The position numbers and the translations under genes are program-made. A stretch of DNA of 39,633 nucleotides from Desulfobacteraceae bacterium (GTDB lineage: Bacteria; Desulfobacterota; Desulfobacteria; Desulfobacterales; JAJDOA01), in NCBI GenBank assembly GCA_022340405.1, contig JAJDOA010000106.1, positions 1 through 39,633 of the forward strand, written 5' to 3'. Below are positions 11,427-21,844 of the stretch, in pieces. The first letter of the stretch is position 1, and each line of letters opens with the position of its first letter. The notes below the pieces were generated by a model that was not told where the DNA came from, made no database searches, and was given only the letters and a program-made list of their open reading frames with translations.

Positions 11427-12001
11427 GGGTGACTCCTTTCCTTACTCGTCCGTTTTACCACGCCGCGTTTGCCACGCACCGGAACGAAAGCGGAGGGTTT
11501 TTCACCTTCGGGCAGTCCGGAAGGCAAGCTGTCATCCTCTCGCTTCGGCATGGGGGCGGGGGCGGCATGGAGCACATCGAACTCGATGTCGCCTTTCTCC
11601 ATAGCCAGATGGATGCTGTCCAGAATGCCGTTGATGAAGGCGCCGGACTCCTCGGTGCCGAATTTTTTCCCCATCTCGATGGCCTCGTTGAGGGAAACTT
11701 TGGCGGGAATGTCCGAACAGACAAACATCTCGTAGACGGCGATGCGCAGGATGTTCCGGTCCACGGCGCTCATCCGGTGGATTTTCCAGTTGCTGGAAAA
11801 TTGCTCGATGACAGCGTCGATCTGCTCCCTTCCGTGTACCACGCCGCGTACCAGCTCCATGAAAAACGGCTTCACTTTTTCCGCGGGCGATCGGCTCCTG
11901 CAAAACAGCGCGAGTTTTTCCTCGGACGCCTCGCGGGTGATGTCCATATAGTAGAGCGCTTGCATGGCAAGCTCTCTGGATTTTCGGCGATTGCCGGGCA
12001 T
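11423..12001 (-). CDS. nusB: Transcription antitermination factor NusB with a C-terminal extension of about 50 aa
   Basis: N-terminal RRKSRELAMQALYYMD and the NusB core. 192 aa versus about 140 for typical NusB. Confidence 0.9.
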   Translation of the reverse strand: MPGNRRKSRELAMQALYYMDITREASEEKLALFCRSRSPAEKVKPFFMELVRGVVHGREQIDAVIEQFSSNWKIHRMSAVDRNILRIAVYEMFVCSDIPAKVSLNEAIEMGKKFGTEESGAFINGILDSIHLAMEKGDIEFDVLHAAPAPMPKREDDSLPSGLPEGEKPSAFVPVRGKRGVVKRTSKERSHP

Positions 12002-12005
12002 TGCT

Positions 12006-12479
12006 TTAGGTCTCGTCCAGGGCGTCTATCAGGTTGACCATCTCCACGGCCGATACGGCGGCGCTCCAGCCCTTGTTGCCGGCCTTGGTGCCGGCTCGCT
12101 CGATGGCCTGTTCCACCGTGTCGGTGGTGATCACGCCGAATATGACCGGCATCTGCGATTCCAGCCCGACCTGAGCCACCCCCTTGCTGACTTCGGCACT
12201 GACATAGTCGAAGTGCGGGGTGGATCCGCGGATGACGGCACCCAGGCAGATGATGGCGTCGTATCTCCGTGAGTGCGCGAGTTTTGCGGCCACCAATGGA
12301 ATTTCGAACGCACCGGGCACCTTTACGATATCGATGTCGTCTTGGGCAGCCCCGGAGCGTTCCAGTGCATCGACGGCACCGCCCACCAGACGGTCGGTGA
12401 TGAAGTCGTTGAAACGGCTTGCGACCAGGGCAAAACGCTTTCCTTCGGCGAGCAGTTTCCCTTCGATGACGTTGGCCAT
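12006..12479 (-). CDS. ribH: 6,7-dimethyl-8-ribityllumazine synthase
   Basis: ORF 12006..12743 trimmed to ATG 12479, which has AGGAAGGAG upstream. This gives [31 protein letters not shown], 157 aa. Confidence 0.9.
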   Translation of the reverse strand: MANVIEGKLLAEGKRFALVASRFNDFITDRLVGGAVDALERSGAAQDDIDIVKVPGAFEIPLVAAKLAHSRRYDAIICLGAVIRGSTPHFDYVSAEVSKGVAQVGLESQMPVIFGVITTDTVEQAIERAGTKAGNKGWSAAVSAVEMVNLIDALDET

Positions 12480-12679
12480 GATCTCTCTCTCCTTCCTGAA
12501 ACGAATGGTTCCGGGTTCGGCGCTCCCTTTCGACGGCGGCCGCATCCCGGTAGTTTCCGGCGCTGCCAATAAATGGCCAACGCGATTTCCCGACGGGCAC
12601 CTCTCCGTTGCCCCGCCGAAAGCGTTGCACCTGTAACGGTTTGGCACCCCGGAACCCCGTATCCGGCAAGGCACATCCG

Positions 12680-13894
12680 TTACGGATTCCCGTCCAGCTC
12701 CGGGTGGGTTTCCGCCAGCAGCTCCTTGCAACGCAAGTAGCAATCGTTGTCGCCGTTGGGTGGAATCTCGATGGGAACCTGCTCGACGATGCTCAGACCG
12801 TATCCCTGCAAGCCCACCATCTTTTTGGGATTGTTGGTGATCAGGCGCATCTTGCCCACGCCGAGATCCGCCAGCACCTGCGCACCGATTCCGTAGTGGC
12901 GCATGTCCGGTCGCTCCACCGGTGGGTCGTCGACTTCGGGTGTCTCACCGATGCTACCGAGCCTGGCGTAGGCCCGCACCTTGTCCAGCAGCCCGATTCC
13001 CCTGCCTTCCTGCCGAATGTACAACAGGACCCCTTCTCCTTCCCGGTTCATCATTTCCATGGAACGAAGCAGCTGCTCTCCGCAGTCGCAGCGCCGGGAT
13101 CCGAAAATATCCCCGATGGTGCACTCGGAGTGGACGCGCACCAGCGTCGGCCGATCGGGATCCACTTCTCCCTTGATCAGCGCGATATGCTGTATGTCCT
13201 CGACATCGTTTTCGTAGACGATGATCCGAAACTCGCCGGCATGGGCCGTGGGAATGGTGGTTTCCACCGCACGGCGGATGAAGGTTTCCGACCGCATGCG
13301 GTGCTCGATGAGATCGGCGATGGTGCAGATGCCGATGCCGTGCGTTTCGCTGAAGCGTTCCAGTGCCGGCATTCGGGCCATGGTGCCGTCTTCGTCCATG
13401 ATTTCGCAGATCACTCCGGCCGGTTTCAGACCGGCCAACCGGGCCAGATCGACGGCCCCTTCGGTCTGGCCGGTGCGGACCATCACGCCTCCGTTTCGTG
13501 CCCGGAGCGGAAACACGTGGCCCGGTCGAACCAGGTCTCTGGGTTCGGCGTTGTCGGCGATGGCGGTCTGTATCGTGGTCGCCCGGTCCGCCGCGGAAAT
13601 GCCCGTGGAAACGCCGCAGCGCGCCTCAATGGATACCGTGAAGCCGGTTTCGAACGGAGACGTATTGTTTTCCACCATCATCGGCAGATCCAGCCGGTCG
13701 ATGTAGGATTCCGACATGGGAAGGCAGATCAGGCCCCTTCCGTATTTGGCCATGAAGTTGATGGATTCGGCGGTGACCTTCTCGGCCGCCATGGTCAAGT
13801 CTCCCTCGTTTTCCCGGTCCTCGTCGTCCACGAGGATGACCATGCGGCCGTCCCGAATTTCCCGTACGGCCTCATCGATGGTTAGCTTCGGCAT
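12680..13894 (-). CDS. ribBA: Bifunctional 3,4-dihydroxy-2-butanone-4-phosphate synthase / GTP cyclohydrolase II
   Basis: 404 aa. The N-terminal half carries [11 protein letters not shown]. The C-terminal half carries [20 protein letters not shown]. Confidence 0.95.
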   Translation of the reverse strand: MPKLTIDEAVREIRDGRMVILVDDEDRENEGDLTMAAEKVTAESINFMAKYGRGLICLPMSESYIDRLDLPMMVENNTSPFETGFTVSIEARCGVSTGISAADRATTIQTAIADNAEPRDLVRPGHVFPLRARNGGVMVRTGQTEGAVDLARLAGLKPAGVICEIMDEDGTMARMPALERFSETHGIGICTIADLIEHRMRSETFIRRAVETTIPTAHAGEFRIIVYENDVEDIQHIALIKGEVDPDRPTLVRVHSECTIGDIFGSRRCDCGEQLLRSMEMMNREGEGVLLYIRQEGRGIGLLDKVRAYARLGSIGETPEVDDPPVERPDMRHYGIGAQVLADLGVGKMRLITNNPKKMVGLQGYGLSIVEQVPIEIPPNGDNDCYLRCKELLAETHPELDGNP

Positions 13895-13924
13895 GAAATC
13901 TTTTCGTCCTTGTCTCCCATGAGA

Positions 13925-14593
13925 TTACTTCAAAAAACCCGTTCTTACCAGAAACGCCATGTCCACGCCGCCTGGACGCTTTTCATTCCGATCGCCCGCC
14001 GTCGGTGCCGGCTGCAGAAAGCGCTCCACGTATTTTCCAATCATGTCGGTTTCGATGTTCACGGGGTCGCCGATTTTTTTTGTACCAAGGGTGGTCCAGT
14101 CCAGCGTATGTGGGATGATGCTCACGGCGAACGAGGCGTCATCACACCGGTTGACCGTCAGGCTGACCCCGTCCACGGCGACCGACCCCTTTCGGATCAG
14201 GTAGCGGGCCAGCGGCGCCTCCACTCGAAAGGTCAAAAGAACGGCGTTGCCGATTGTGCCGCGCTGGTGAAGGGTGCCGACCCCGTCCACGTGACCGGAG
14301 ACCAGGTGTCCGTCGATCCGGTCGGAGAATCGAAGAGCGCGTTCCAGGTTGACGCGGCCGCCCACCGCGAGCGTTCCGAAGGTGGTCGAGGACAATGTTT
14401 CCGGGGACACGTCCGCCTCGAAATTTCGCCCGGTCATCCGAACCGCGGTGAGGCACGCGCCGTTGACGGCGATGCTGTCGCCGATCCGGGTCCCGTCCAG
14501 GTCGAAATCGGCTTCCACCGTCATTCGCTTGCCCTCTCCCGCCGGGCGAAACTGCCGGACGGTGCCCAGGCCTTCGATGATTCCGGTAAACAT
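13925..14593 (-). CDS. ribE: Riboflavin synthase
   Basis: ORF 13925..14668 begins at a GTG. It is trimmed to ATG 14593, giving the canonical MFTGIIEGLG N-terminus and 222 aa. Confidence 0.9.
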   Translation of the reverse strand: MFTGIIEGLGTVRQFRPAGEGKRMTVEADFDLDGTRIGDSIAVNGACLTAVRMTGRNFEADVSPETLSSTTFGTLAVGGRVNLERALRFSDRIDGHLVSGHVDGVGTLHQRGTIGNAVLLTFRVEAPLARYLIRKGSVAVDGVSLTVNRCDDASFAVSIIPHTLDWTTLGTKKIGDPVNIETDMIGKYVERFLQPAPTAGDRNEKRPGGVDMAFLVRTGFLK

Positions 14594-14664
14594 GATCCCT
14601 CGTCCCTTCGCCCGCGGCGGCGAAAAGCGAGCATCCGATGCTGTGGGTGCCCGGCCGCTGCGGG

Positions 14665-15765
14665 TCACCTCTTTTGCGGATAGCCGACGATCATCACATC
14701 ATCGCCGAATCGGCGGACGGCAGACCGTGCCACCGGTATGCTTCGGTCCATGGTTTCGACGCCCGGTCCGGCGCAAACGGGAATGCCGTCGTCGCCCCCC
14801 AGGATCTTGGGGGCGAAAAAGAAAAAGCACTTGTCCACGACGCCCGAGCGGAAAGCCTCCCCGAGAACGCGGCCGCCGCCCTCGATGAGCATGCTGGTCA
14901 CCTCCATGGATCCCAGCCTCCGCATCAGCGGGCGCAGGGCGATCTTCCCGTCCCGCACCTCCGACGGGATCACGTGCGCACCGATTCGCTCCAGGCGGCG
15001 CCTCCGATCCGAATCAGCGGAAACACCACATATAATAAAGGTTTCGGCATCGGAGTCAAGGTGAAGCATCCGGGCGTCGGGAGGGGTGCGCAGGTGGGTG
15101 TCCAGCACGAAACGCATCGCATCGCGGCCGTTAAAATCTTCAATGCGGGTGGTCAGGCTCGGGTTGTCGGCCTTCACGGTCCCAACGCCCACCAGGATGG
15201 CGTCCACGGCATGCCGGAGCCGGTGCACGAACGCCCTGGATTCAGCCCCCGTGATCCAGCGGGAATGGCCCGTGCGGGTGGCAATCCGCCCATCCAGGGT
15301 GGATGCGCATTTGGTGATCACGAAGGGAAGCCCGGTGCGGACGTTGTGCAGAAAAACCTCATTGAGTTCCTCGGCCCGGGCTCGTCCGACGCCGCAGACC
15401 GTCTCGACCCCCGCCTTTCGAAGTCGCTCCAGGCCGCCTCCCCTGACGTCCGGGTTCGGATCCTCCATCGCGGCAACCACGCGCGCCACGCCGGAGTGCA
15501 AAATCTTTTCGGTGCAGGGCGGCGTTCGCCCCGTGTGGTTGCAGGGCTCTAGCGTGACGTACAGCGTGGACCCGCGGGCCCGCTCACCGGCGTCGTCCAG
15601 TGCCTCGACTTCGGCATGAGGTCCGCCGGCTTTCCGATGGTAGCCTTTCCCCACCACCGTGGCATCCTGGACCACGACGGCTCCCACCATGGGGTTGGGA
15701 GCCGTGAACCCGCGTCCCTTTGCGGCGAGTTCCAGGGCCATATCCATAAAAAAGGTGTCGTTCAT
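14665..15765 (-). CDS. ribD: Bifunctional diaminohydroxyphosphoribosylaminopyrimidine deaminase / 5-amino-6-(5-phosphoribosylamino)uracil reductase
   Basis: Deaminase motifs HAEVEAL and PCNHTGRTPPC, followed by the reductase half. The first codon of the listed ORF (15774) is TTG; ATG 15765 is preferred. Confidence 0.9.
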   Translation of the reverse strand: MNDTFFMDMALELAAKGRGFTAPNPMVGAVVVQDATVVGKGYHRKAGGPHAEVEALDDAGERARGSTLYVTLEPCNHTGRTPPCTEKILHSGVARVVAAMEDPNPDVRGGGLERLRKAGVETVCGVGRARAEELNEVFLHNVRTGLPFVITKCASTLDGRIATRTGHSRWITGAESRAFVHRLRHAVDAILVGVGTVKADNPSLTTRIEDFNGRDAMRFVLDTHLRTPPDARMLHLDSDAETFIICGVSADSDRRRRLERIGAHVIPSEVRDGKIALRPLMRRLGSMEVTSMLIEGGGRVLGEAFRSGVVDKCFFFFAPKILGGDDGIPVCAGPGVETMDRSIPVARSAVRRFGDDVMIVGYPQKR

Positions 15766-15809
15766 GGGATTCAAATACTCAGGGTGCGGCCGAGAACCGA
15801 TGGGAGGGG

Positions 15810-16271
15810 CTATCGTTTTTGCTCGCTCAGCAGGCTTTTCAATTCCGATACGAAATCGTTGACGTCTTTGAACTCTCGGTACACCGAAGCAAAGCGCACA
15901 TAAGCGATATCGTGCAGGTCGTGGAGCATGTGCATGACCTTTTCCCCCACCTGCGGCGACGGGATTTCCTTTTCACCGGTTTCGCGCAGATCGCGCTCCA
16001 AATCTTCGAGGAAGGATTCGATGGTGTTCATGCTAATGTCCAGCTTCTCACAGGCTTTCTGGATGCCCGCGCGGACCTTTTCGCGGTTGAACTCTTCGCG
16101 GCGGCCGTCCTTCTTGATGATCATCAGGGGGATTTCCTCGATTCGCTCATAGGTGGTGAATCGCCTTCCGCACTCCAGGCATTCTCTCCGCCGGCGGATT
16201 TCGTTGCCGCCCTTGCTCAGCCGGGAATCGATGACCTTGTCTTCGGACTCTCCGCAAAACGGGCAGTTCAT
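15810..16271 (-). CDS. nrdR: Transcriptional repressor NrdR
   Basis: 153 aa. Zinc ribbon [17 protein letters not shown] followed by an ATP-cone. Its ATG overlaps the upstream stop (ATGA). Confidence 0.95.
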   Translation of the reverse strand: MNCPFCGESEDKVIDSRLSKGGNEIRRRRECLECGRRFTTYERIEEIPLMIIKKDGRREEFNREKVRAGIQKACEKLDISMNTIESFLEDLERDLRETGEKEIPSPQVGEKVMHMLHDLHDIAYVRFASVYREFKDVNDFVSELKSLLSEQKR

Positions 16272-16774
16272 GGGGTGTCTCCTTCGCTTTCGTTGGTCAG
16301 GTTCACCACTTCGACGCCGGCTTCACGCAACATCTGGCCGGACATGTCGTCGGCATACCCGGACCGGTACAGGATCCGCCTGATTCCGGCATTGATAATC
16401 ATCTTGGCACAAATGGAGCAGGGCAGGTTCGTGCAGTACAAGTCCGAATCCTTGATGGAGACGCCGTGGTATGCCGCCTGGATGATGGCGTTCTGTTCGG
16501 CGTGGATGCCGCGGCACAGTTCATGGCGTTCCCCCGAGGGAACGTCGAGTCTTTTGCGCAGGCATCCAGTCTGCGCGCAGTGGTCGATACCCGAAGGGGC
16601 TCCGTTGTAGCCGGTTGACAGAATGCGCTTGTTCTTCACGATCACGGCGCCAACGGAGCGGCGCAGGCAGGTGGATCGTCGCGCCACCAGCGCCGCGATG
16701 TCCATGAAATACGACGGCCAGGATGGCCGGCGGCCAGCGACGGGTTCCGTCCCGGTGTCCATTTCGCTTTTCAC
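16268..16774 (-). CDS. dCMP deaminase family (ComEB-like cytidine/deoxycytidylate deaminase)
   Basis: Motifs HAEQNAI and [12 protein letters not shown] 16774 overlaps the glyA stop (GTGA). An alternative start is ATG 16762. Confidence 0.85.
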   Translation of the reverse strand: MKSEMDTGTEPVAGRRPSWPSYFMDIAALVARRSTCLRRSVGAVIVKNKRILSTGYNGAPSGIDHCAQTGCLRKRLDVPSGERHELCRGIHAEQNAIIQAAYHGVSIKDSDLYCTNLPCSICAKMIINAGIRRILYRSGYADDMSGQMLREAGVEVVNLTNESEGDTP

Positions 16775-18060
16775 GCCTTGTCCCTTCCGGCTGTTTCGTA
16801 AATGGGAAATGCGCGGCAGAGGTCGGCCACCCGACGGCGCACCGTCTCGATGGTCTTTTTATCGGAAACGTTGCGGACGATTTCCAGGATGGCATCGCCG
16901 ATTTGCTCCATTTCCACAGTGCCCATGCCGCGGGTGGTCACTGCCGGGGTGCCGATGCGAAAGCCGCTGGTGACCCCGGGCGGAAGGGGGTCGAACGGCA
17001 CCGCGTTTTTGTTGACGGTGATGCCGACCCTGCCCAGCACTTCCTCGGCATCTTTTCCGGTGATGCCGGATTTGCGTAGGTCCACCAGGATCATGTGGTT
17101 GTCGGTACCACCCGAGACGAGGTCCACCCCCCCCTCGAGCAAACGGCGCCCCAGAACCTGTGCATTTCGCACAACACGGCTCTGGTAGTCCCGGAAGGCT
17201 TCCGTGCTTGCTTCCCGGAACGCCACGGCTTTGGCGGCGATGACATGCATGAGCGGGCCGCCTTGGATCCCGGGGAAGATCTGCCGGCCAAGCCGGTCGG
17301 CAAAATCCTCGCGCGCCAGAATCAGCCCGCCCCGGGGCCCCCGGAGCGTCTTGTGCGTGGTGGAGGTGACCACGTGTGCAAAGGGGATGGGGGACGGATG
17401 GAGATCTGCGGCTACCAGGCCAGCGATGTGCGCCATGTCCACCATCAGGACGGCGTCAATTCCTGCGGCGATGTCGGCAAACCCACGGAAGTCGATCCGG
17501 CGGGGATAGGCGCTGGCTCCGGCGACGATCATCTTGGGCCGGTGTTCCTTTGCCAATCGGGCCACCGCCTCCATGTCGATGGTGCCGGTTTCCCGGGACA
17601 CACCGTAGTGGACGAAGTGAAACAGGCGGCCGGAAAAGCTCACCGGGCTGCCGTGTGTGAGGTGTCCCCCGTGGGCCAGATCCATGCCGAGTACCGTGTC
17701 GCCGGGCTCGAGCAGGGCGAAGTACACCGCCATGTTGGCCTGGGATCCGGAGTGGGGCTGCACATTCACATAGGCGGCGCGAAACAGCTCAGCAGCACGT
17801 TGGATGGCCAGTTTCTCGGCGATGTCCACCTGCTCGCAGCCGCCGTAGTAGCGCTTGTCCGGATACCCTTCGGCATATTTGTTGGTCAATACGCTTCCCT
17901 GCGCTTCCATCACGGCAGGGCTGGCGATGTTTTCCGACGCAATCAGCTCGAGGTTGGACTGCTGCCGCTCCAGTTCGCCGGCCAGCACGCGGGCGATATC
18001 CGGGTCGGTCCTCTCCAGGTAGGGGTGGTGCGGCGTAGGTTCTTTTCGGCCTTCGGTCAC
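16771..18060 (-). CDS. glyA: Serine hydroxymethyltransferase
   Basis: ORF 16771..18507 trimmed to GTG 18060, which has GGAGG 5 nt upstream and overlaps the rpiB stop as GTGA. Motifs LELIASEN and [12 protein letters not shown]. 429 aa. Confidence 0.9.
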   Translation of the reverse strand: MTEGRKEPTPHHPYLERTDPDIARVLAGELERQQSNLELIASENIASPAVMEAQGSVLTNKYAEGYPDKRYYGGCEQVDIAEKLAIQRAAELFRAAYVNVQPHSGSQANMAVYFALLEPGDTVLGMDLAHGGHLTHGSPVSFSGRLFHFVHYGVSRETGTIDMEAVARLAKEHRPKMIVAGASAYPRRIDFRGFADIAAGIDAVLMVDMAHIAGLVAADLHPSPIPFAHVVTSTTHKTLRGPRGGLILAREDFADRLGRQIFPGIQGGPLMHVIAAKAVAFREASTEAFRDYQSRVVRNAQVLGRRLLEGGVDLVSGGTDNHMILVDLRKSGITGKDAEEVLGRVGITVNKNAVPFDPLPPGVTSGFRIGTPAVTTRGMGTVEMEQIGDAILEIVRNVSDKKTIETVRRRVADLCRAFPIYETAGRDKA

Positions 18061-18539
18061 TTTTCCTCCCCGGATTCGGGAAAATTCATGCGCTCCAGGG
18101 AGTCGAACTGCTCCAGACGATCCTGGTGCCGCCCTCCCTCGAAAGGGGTCTGCAGCCAGGTCTTGACCACCTCCTCGGCCAGCGTCTGGCCGATCACCCG
18201 GCCGCCGAGCACCAGGATGTTGGCGTCGTTGTGTTTGCGGCTCATGATGGCGGAAAACAAGTCGCCGCACAGGGCAGCGCGGACATGGGGAAAGCGGTTG
18301 GCCACCATGGACATGCCCAGACCCGTTCCGCAGAGCAGGATCCCCCTTTGGAACTCTCCGCTGGAAACTTTGGCGGCGACCATCGCGCCGAAACGCGGAT
18401 AGTCGACCGAAGCATCGTCGTGGGTCCCCACGTCCTCCACTTTGTAACCGCTTTCCAAAAGAAAACCCTTGAGCTGCTCTTTCAAGGGATAGGCGGCATG
18501 ATCGCATCCGATGACGAGACGGCGGTTGGCTTCGGTCAT
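18057..18539 (-). CDS. rpiB: Ribose-5-phosphate isomerase B
   Basis: 160 aa with [13 protein letters not shown] and [25 protein letters not shown]. Confidence 0.9.
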   Translation of the reverse strand: MTEANRRLVIGCDHAAYPLKEQLKGFLLESGYKVEDVGTHDDASVDYPRFGAMVAAKVSSGEFQRGILLCGTGLGMSMVANRFPHVRAALCGDLFSAIMSRKHNDANILVLGGRVIGQTLAEEVVKTWLQTPFEGGRHQDRLEQFDSLERMNFPESGEEK

Positions 18540-18904
18540 GGCTTCCTCTTTACGGGTTCAATGTTCAACAAACCAAACCAGATGTCGTCTGTCCGGCGGC
18601 CCTGGCCTGCTCGCGCCGATTGCAGAGGGTGGCGAGGAGAGGGCGCCGGCGACGGTGTCCATTTTCTATAGGGTTTGCGGTCGGACCACAAGGAAAAAAT
18701 CCCCGCCAGTGCGGCCCATTGTATTCGAAAGGGGGCCTCGTTTCAAAGCGCCAAGGGTTCAGGGTTGGGTGACCAGAAATCGGGGGTATTGGTCGATTCC
18801 GGGGTTCCGGGGTCGGCGCCGATGGGAATGATCCGGTGTTGATGGGAAAGCCGGTTTGTGCAGAAAACCGGAAGAATGCAGCATTCTTTTCAGCCAATGC
18901 AGGA

Positions 18905-20152
18905 TCACGCGGCAGGGTGTCGGCGCAGGATCAGGCTCGCGTTGGTGCCCCCGAAACCGAAGCTGTTGGTCATGGCGATGGTCACGGCAGCCTTGCGCGC
19001 CTTGTGCGGCACGTAATCCAGGTCGCAGCCATCCGAGGGTTGGTCCAGATTGATGGTCGGCGGGATCACCCCTGTTTGCAGCGTCAGTGCCGTGAAGACG
19101 GTTTCGATGCCGCCGGCGCCGCCCAGCAGATGCCCGGTCATGGATTTGGTGGAACTGACGGCCAGGCCTCCTTTGGCGTGGTCGCCGAACACGGTCTTGA
19201 TGGCCACGGTTTCGCACATGTCGTTGAGTTGCGTGGAGGTGCCGTGGGCATTGATATAGTCCACCGCCTGGGGTTCAATGCCCGCATCGGAAAGGGCGGC
19301 CTCCATGCAGCGAAGCGCTCCGTCACCGTCCGGCGGAGGGGCGGTCATGTGGAAACCGTCACCGCTCATGCCATATCCGATGATTTCGGCGTAGATGTGG
19401 GCGCCCCGCTCTAAAGCGTGGTCCAGCGCTTCAAGAACCAGGATGCCGCATCCTTCACCGACCACGAAACCGTCGCGCTCCCTGTCGAATGGGCGGGAGG
19501 CCCGTTGCGGTTGCTCGTTGCGCGTGGAAAGCGCTTTCATTGCGTTGAAGCCGGCAATGCATGTAGGGGTGATGACCGACTCCACCCCGCCGGTGATCAT
19601 GGCGTCCGCGGCCCCTCGCTGAATGGCCTTGAATGAGTCGCCCACCGCATGGGTCCCGGCCGCGCAGGCGGTGGCTACCGAAGAATTCGGCCCCTTGGCG
19701 CCGAGGTAGATGGAGACCATTCCCGGGGCCATATTGCCGATGAGCATGGGGATAAAGAAGGGACTCACCCGCCGGGGCCCTTTTTCACGCACGGCATAGG
19801 CGGTCTGCTCCAGATAGGCGAGTCCGCCCAGGCCGCAGCCGGTAATCACCCCGACCCGGTGGCCGTTGGTCTCGTCGATTTTCAGACCGCTGTCCTCACG
19901 GGCCATCATCGACGCGGCGATGGCATAGGCGATGAACCGTTCGGTGCGCTTGGCTTCCTTGCGGGTGAGGAAATCTTCGGCGTGGAAGTCTTCCACTTCG
20001 GCTGCAATGCGGGTATCGAACCCGGTCGTGTCAAACCGGGTGATTTCTCCGACCCCGGACTTGCCGGCGCACAGTGCAGTCCATGTTTCTTCAACGCCCA
20101 CTGCCAGCGGCGTTACCAGACCCAGACCCGTAATGACCACCCGCCTGCTCAA
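18905..20152 (-). CDS. fabF: Beta-ketoacyl-ACP synthase II
   Basis: ORF 18905..20242 trimmed to in-frame TTG 20152, which has AAGGAG (20160-20165) 7 nt upstream. This gives the canonical (M)SRRVVITGLG N-terminus and 415 aa. Active-site Cys context ATACAAGTHA and His motifs (HGTST, GHLLGGAG). Confidence 0.9.
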   Translation of the reverse strand: MSRRVVITGLGLVTPLAVGVEETWTALCAGKSGVGEITRFDTTGFDTRIAAEVEDFHAEDFLTRKEAKRTERFIAYAIAASMMAREDSGLKIDETNGHRVGVITGCGLGGLAYLEQTAYAVREKGPRRVSPFFIPMLIGNMAPGMVSIYLGAKGPNSSVATACAAGTHAVGDSFKAIQRGAADAMITGGVESVITPTCIAGFNAMKALSTRNEQPQRASRPFDRERDGFVVGEGCGILVLEALDHALERGAHIYAEIIGYGMSGDGFHMTAPPPDGDGALRCMEAALSDAGIEPQAVDYINAHGTSTQLNDMCETVAIKTVFGDHAKGGLAVSSTKSMTGHLLGGAGGIETVFTALTLQTGVIPPTINLDQPSDGCDLDYVPHKARKAAVTIAMTNSFGFGGTNASLILRRHPAA

Positions 20153-20405
20153 TTGCCTGCTCCTTGTTGCCACTGCTGTCGATTCCGATCCGGCCTCGCT
20201 TGCCATCAAGGCCCCGCCCGCCGCGGGTTGGCTGAAAAGCAACCGGCAAGCATCACGGAGGGTCGGGGATTCCGGTTCGATTCACATCCTGGAAGACGGC
20301 GGCGGATCCCCTCCCGCGTGCCGGCATTCCATGCTCTGCAACGGGAGGGCCACACCCTTCCTTGCGCTCGACGGAGAAAACGACCCCTTTTCGGTCTCGC
20401 CTCTC

Positions 20406-20633
20406 TCAGTGATTCTTGATGTAGTCGAAGGCGTCCTTTACGGTGACGAGCTTCTCGGCATCCTCGTCGGAGATGTCCATGTCGAACTCCTCCTCCATGG
20501 ACATGATCAGCTCCACCAGGTCCAGCGAATCGGCACCCAGATCGTCCACGAAGGAGGCTTCCGGAACCACTTCCTCGATGTCCACGCTGAGCTTTTCCGC
20601 GATGATCTTCTTGACTTTATCTTCTACTGACAT
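20406..20633 (-). CDS. acpP: Acyl carrier protein
   Basis: 75 aa, with [19 protein letters not shown] containing the phosphopantetheine Ser. AAGGAGG RBS. Confidence 0.95.
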   Translation of the reverse strand: MSVEDKVKKIIAEKLSVDIEEVVPEASFVDDLGADSLDLVELIMSMEEEFDMDISDEDAEKLVTVKDAFDYIKNH

Positions 20634-20765
20634 GGATCCTCCTTGCTGCTGGTATTCTTGATGTCGATGGCGGTTGAGTCCGGTTGGGGATCCGGCCTTG
20701 CCGGATCGGTAGGGGGCTGAAGCCCTCCTCTTCTACAGGATTTCTGCTCCTTTTGACCGGAAATC

Positions 20766-21530
20766 CTACATGAACATCCCTCCGCTGACGTGCAGCACCT
20801 GCCCCGTCAGGTAGGACGATTCTTCGGAGCAGAGAAACTTCACGGCGGCGGCGACGTCCTGGGGCTGGCCCGGCCTTCCAAGGGGCACCTGCGAAAGCAT
20901 AGTGTTGCGGGCCTTCTCCGACAGGACGGCGGTCATGTCGGTCTCGATGAAGCCGGGGGCAACGGCATTTACCAGCACGCCCTTGGGAGCGACTTCCCGG
21001 GCCACGGTTTTGGTCAATCCGATAAGGCCGGCCTTGGAAGCCACATAGTTGGCCTGCCCGGCATTTCCGATCACGCCGACGATGGAGGCGATGTTGACGA
21101 TTCTACCCGATCTCTGCTTCATCATGGTGCGGGCTGCGATGCGCATGGTGCGGAAGGCCGCCTTGAGGTTGATGTCCATCACCAGGTCCCAGTCTGCGTC
21201 TTTCATGCGGACAAGCAGGCTGTCCCGGGTGATGCCGGCGTTGTTGACCAGTACATCGATGCGCCCGGTGGCGTCCAGCACCCGGTCGAAAAAGGCTTGC
21301 AGATCGTCACTGGATGCCACATCGGCCCATACACCCTGCACCTCCGCGCCCTTGTCCGTGACCTGTTTCTCGGTTTCCTGCGCCGCCGCTTTTTCTCCCT
21401 CCGGGTCATTGGGGGAAAAATAGTTGAAAAACAGGGTCGTTCCCGGCTCGGCGAGCGACGTGCAAATGGCCCTTCCGATGCCGCGGCTGCCTCCGGTGAC
21501 CACCACCGTTCGCGTAGCACTCGACGTCAT
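20766..21530 (-). CDS. fabG: 3-oxoacyl-ACP reductase
   Basis: 254 aa SDR with TGGSRGIGRAI and YVASKAG. Its position before acpP supports the call. Confidence 0.9.
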   Translation of the reverse strand: MTSSATRTVVVTGGSRGIGRAICTSLAEPGTTLFFNYFSPNDPEGEKAAAQETEKQVTDKGAEVQGVWADVASSDDLQAFFDRVLDATGRIDVLVNNAGITRDSLLVRMKDADWDLVMDINLKAAFRTMRIAARTMMKQRSGRIVNIASIVGVIGNAGQANYVASKAGLIGLTKTVAREVAPKGVLVNAVAPGFIETDMTAVLSEKARNTMLSQVPLGRPGQPQDVAAAVKFLCSEESSYLTGQVLHVSGGMFM

Positions 21531-21560
21531 GATGCACCTCTTTCGGCTGCGGGTGTCCGG

Positions 21561-21743
21561 CTATAGCTCCTCGGTTTCCACGACGGTTCGGCCCTTGTAG
21601 TCGCCACAGCCAGGGCAAGCATGGTGGGGAAGCTTTTTCTCGCCGCACTGGGGGCATTCGGAAAGATTCGGGCCGGCCAACTTCTGGTGGGCCCGGCGCA
21701 TGTCCCTTTTTGACTTGGATTTTTTCCTCTTGGGCAAAGCCAT
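21561..21743 (-). CDS. rpmF: 50S ribosomal protein L32
   Basis: 60 aa, [19 protein letters not shown], with a CxxC...CxxC zinc ribbon. Confidence 0.95.
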   Translation of the reverse strand: MALPKRKKSKSKRDMRRAHQKLAGPNLSECPQCGEKKLPHHACPGCGDYKGRTVVETEEL

Positions 21744-21815
21744 TAGTAATCTCCTAAATTATTGATATTCAAAAAAATAATCCTTCATCCGAAGGCCCGG
21801 ACAAAGGTTGACTAC

Positions 21816-21844
21816 TTAGTAATTGAATTGGGTTCGATTGTCAA
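21816..21844 (-). promoter_or_regulatory. Sigma70-type promoter for rpmF-fabG-acpP-fabF (TTGACA-17 nt-TACTAA on the minus strand)
   Basis: The reverse complement of 21839-21844 is TTGACA and that of 21816-21821 is TACTAA, with a 17-nt spacer. It lies about 70 nt upstream of the rpmF ATG. Confidence 0.5.

Noticed and set aside
12480-12679. Canonical FMN riboswitch upstream of ribH
   Set aside because: The location is suggestive, but I cannot find the conserved FMN-element core strings on either strand. It is kept only as an unexplained structured spacer that needs a covariance-model test.
16771-18507. 578-aa version of glyA that overlaps all of rpiB, and similar long N-terminal extensions in the ORF track (ribH 12743, ribE 14668, fabF 20242, gltX 22220, bamD 4666, VOC 27444, MoxR 28004, proS 9594)
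   Set aside because: The extensions have junk composition and overlap real genes or repeats. Internal ATG, GTG or TTG codons with good RBSs reproduce the canonical N-termini.
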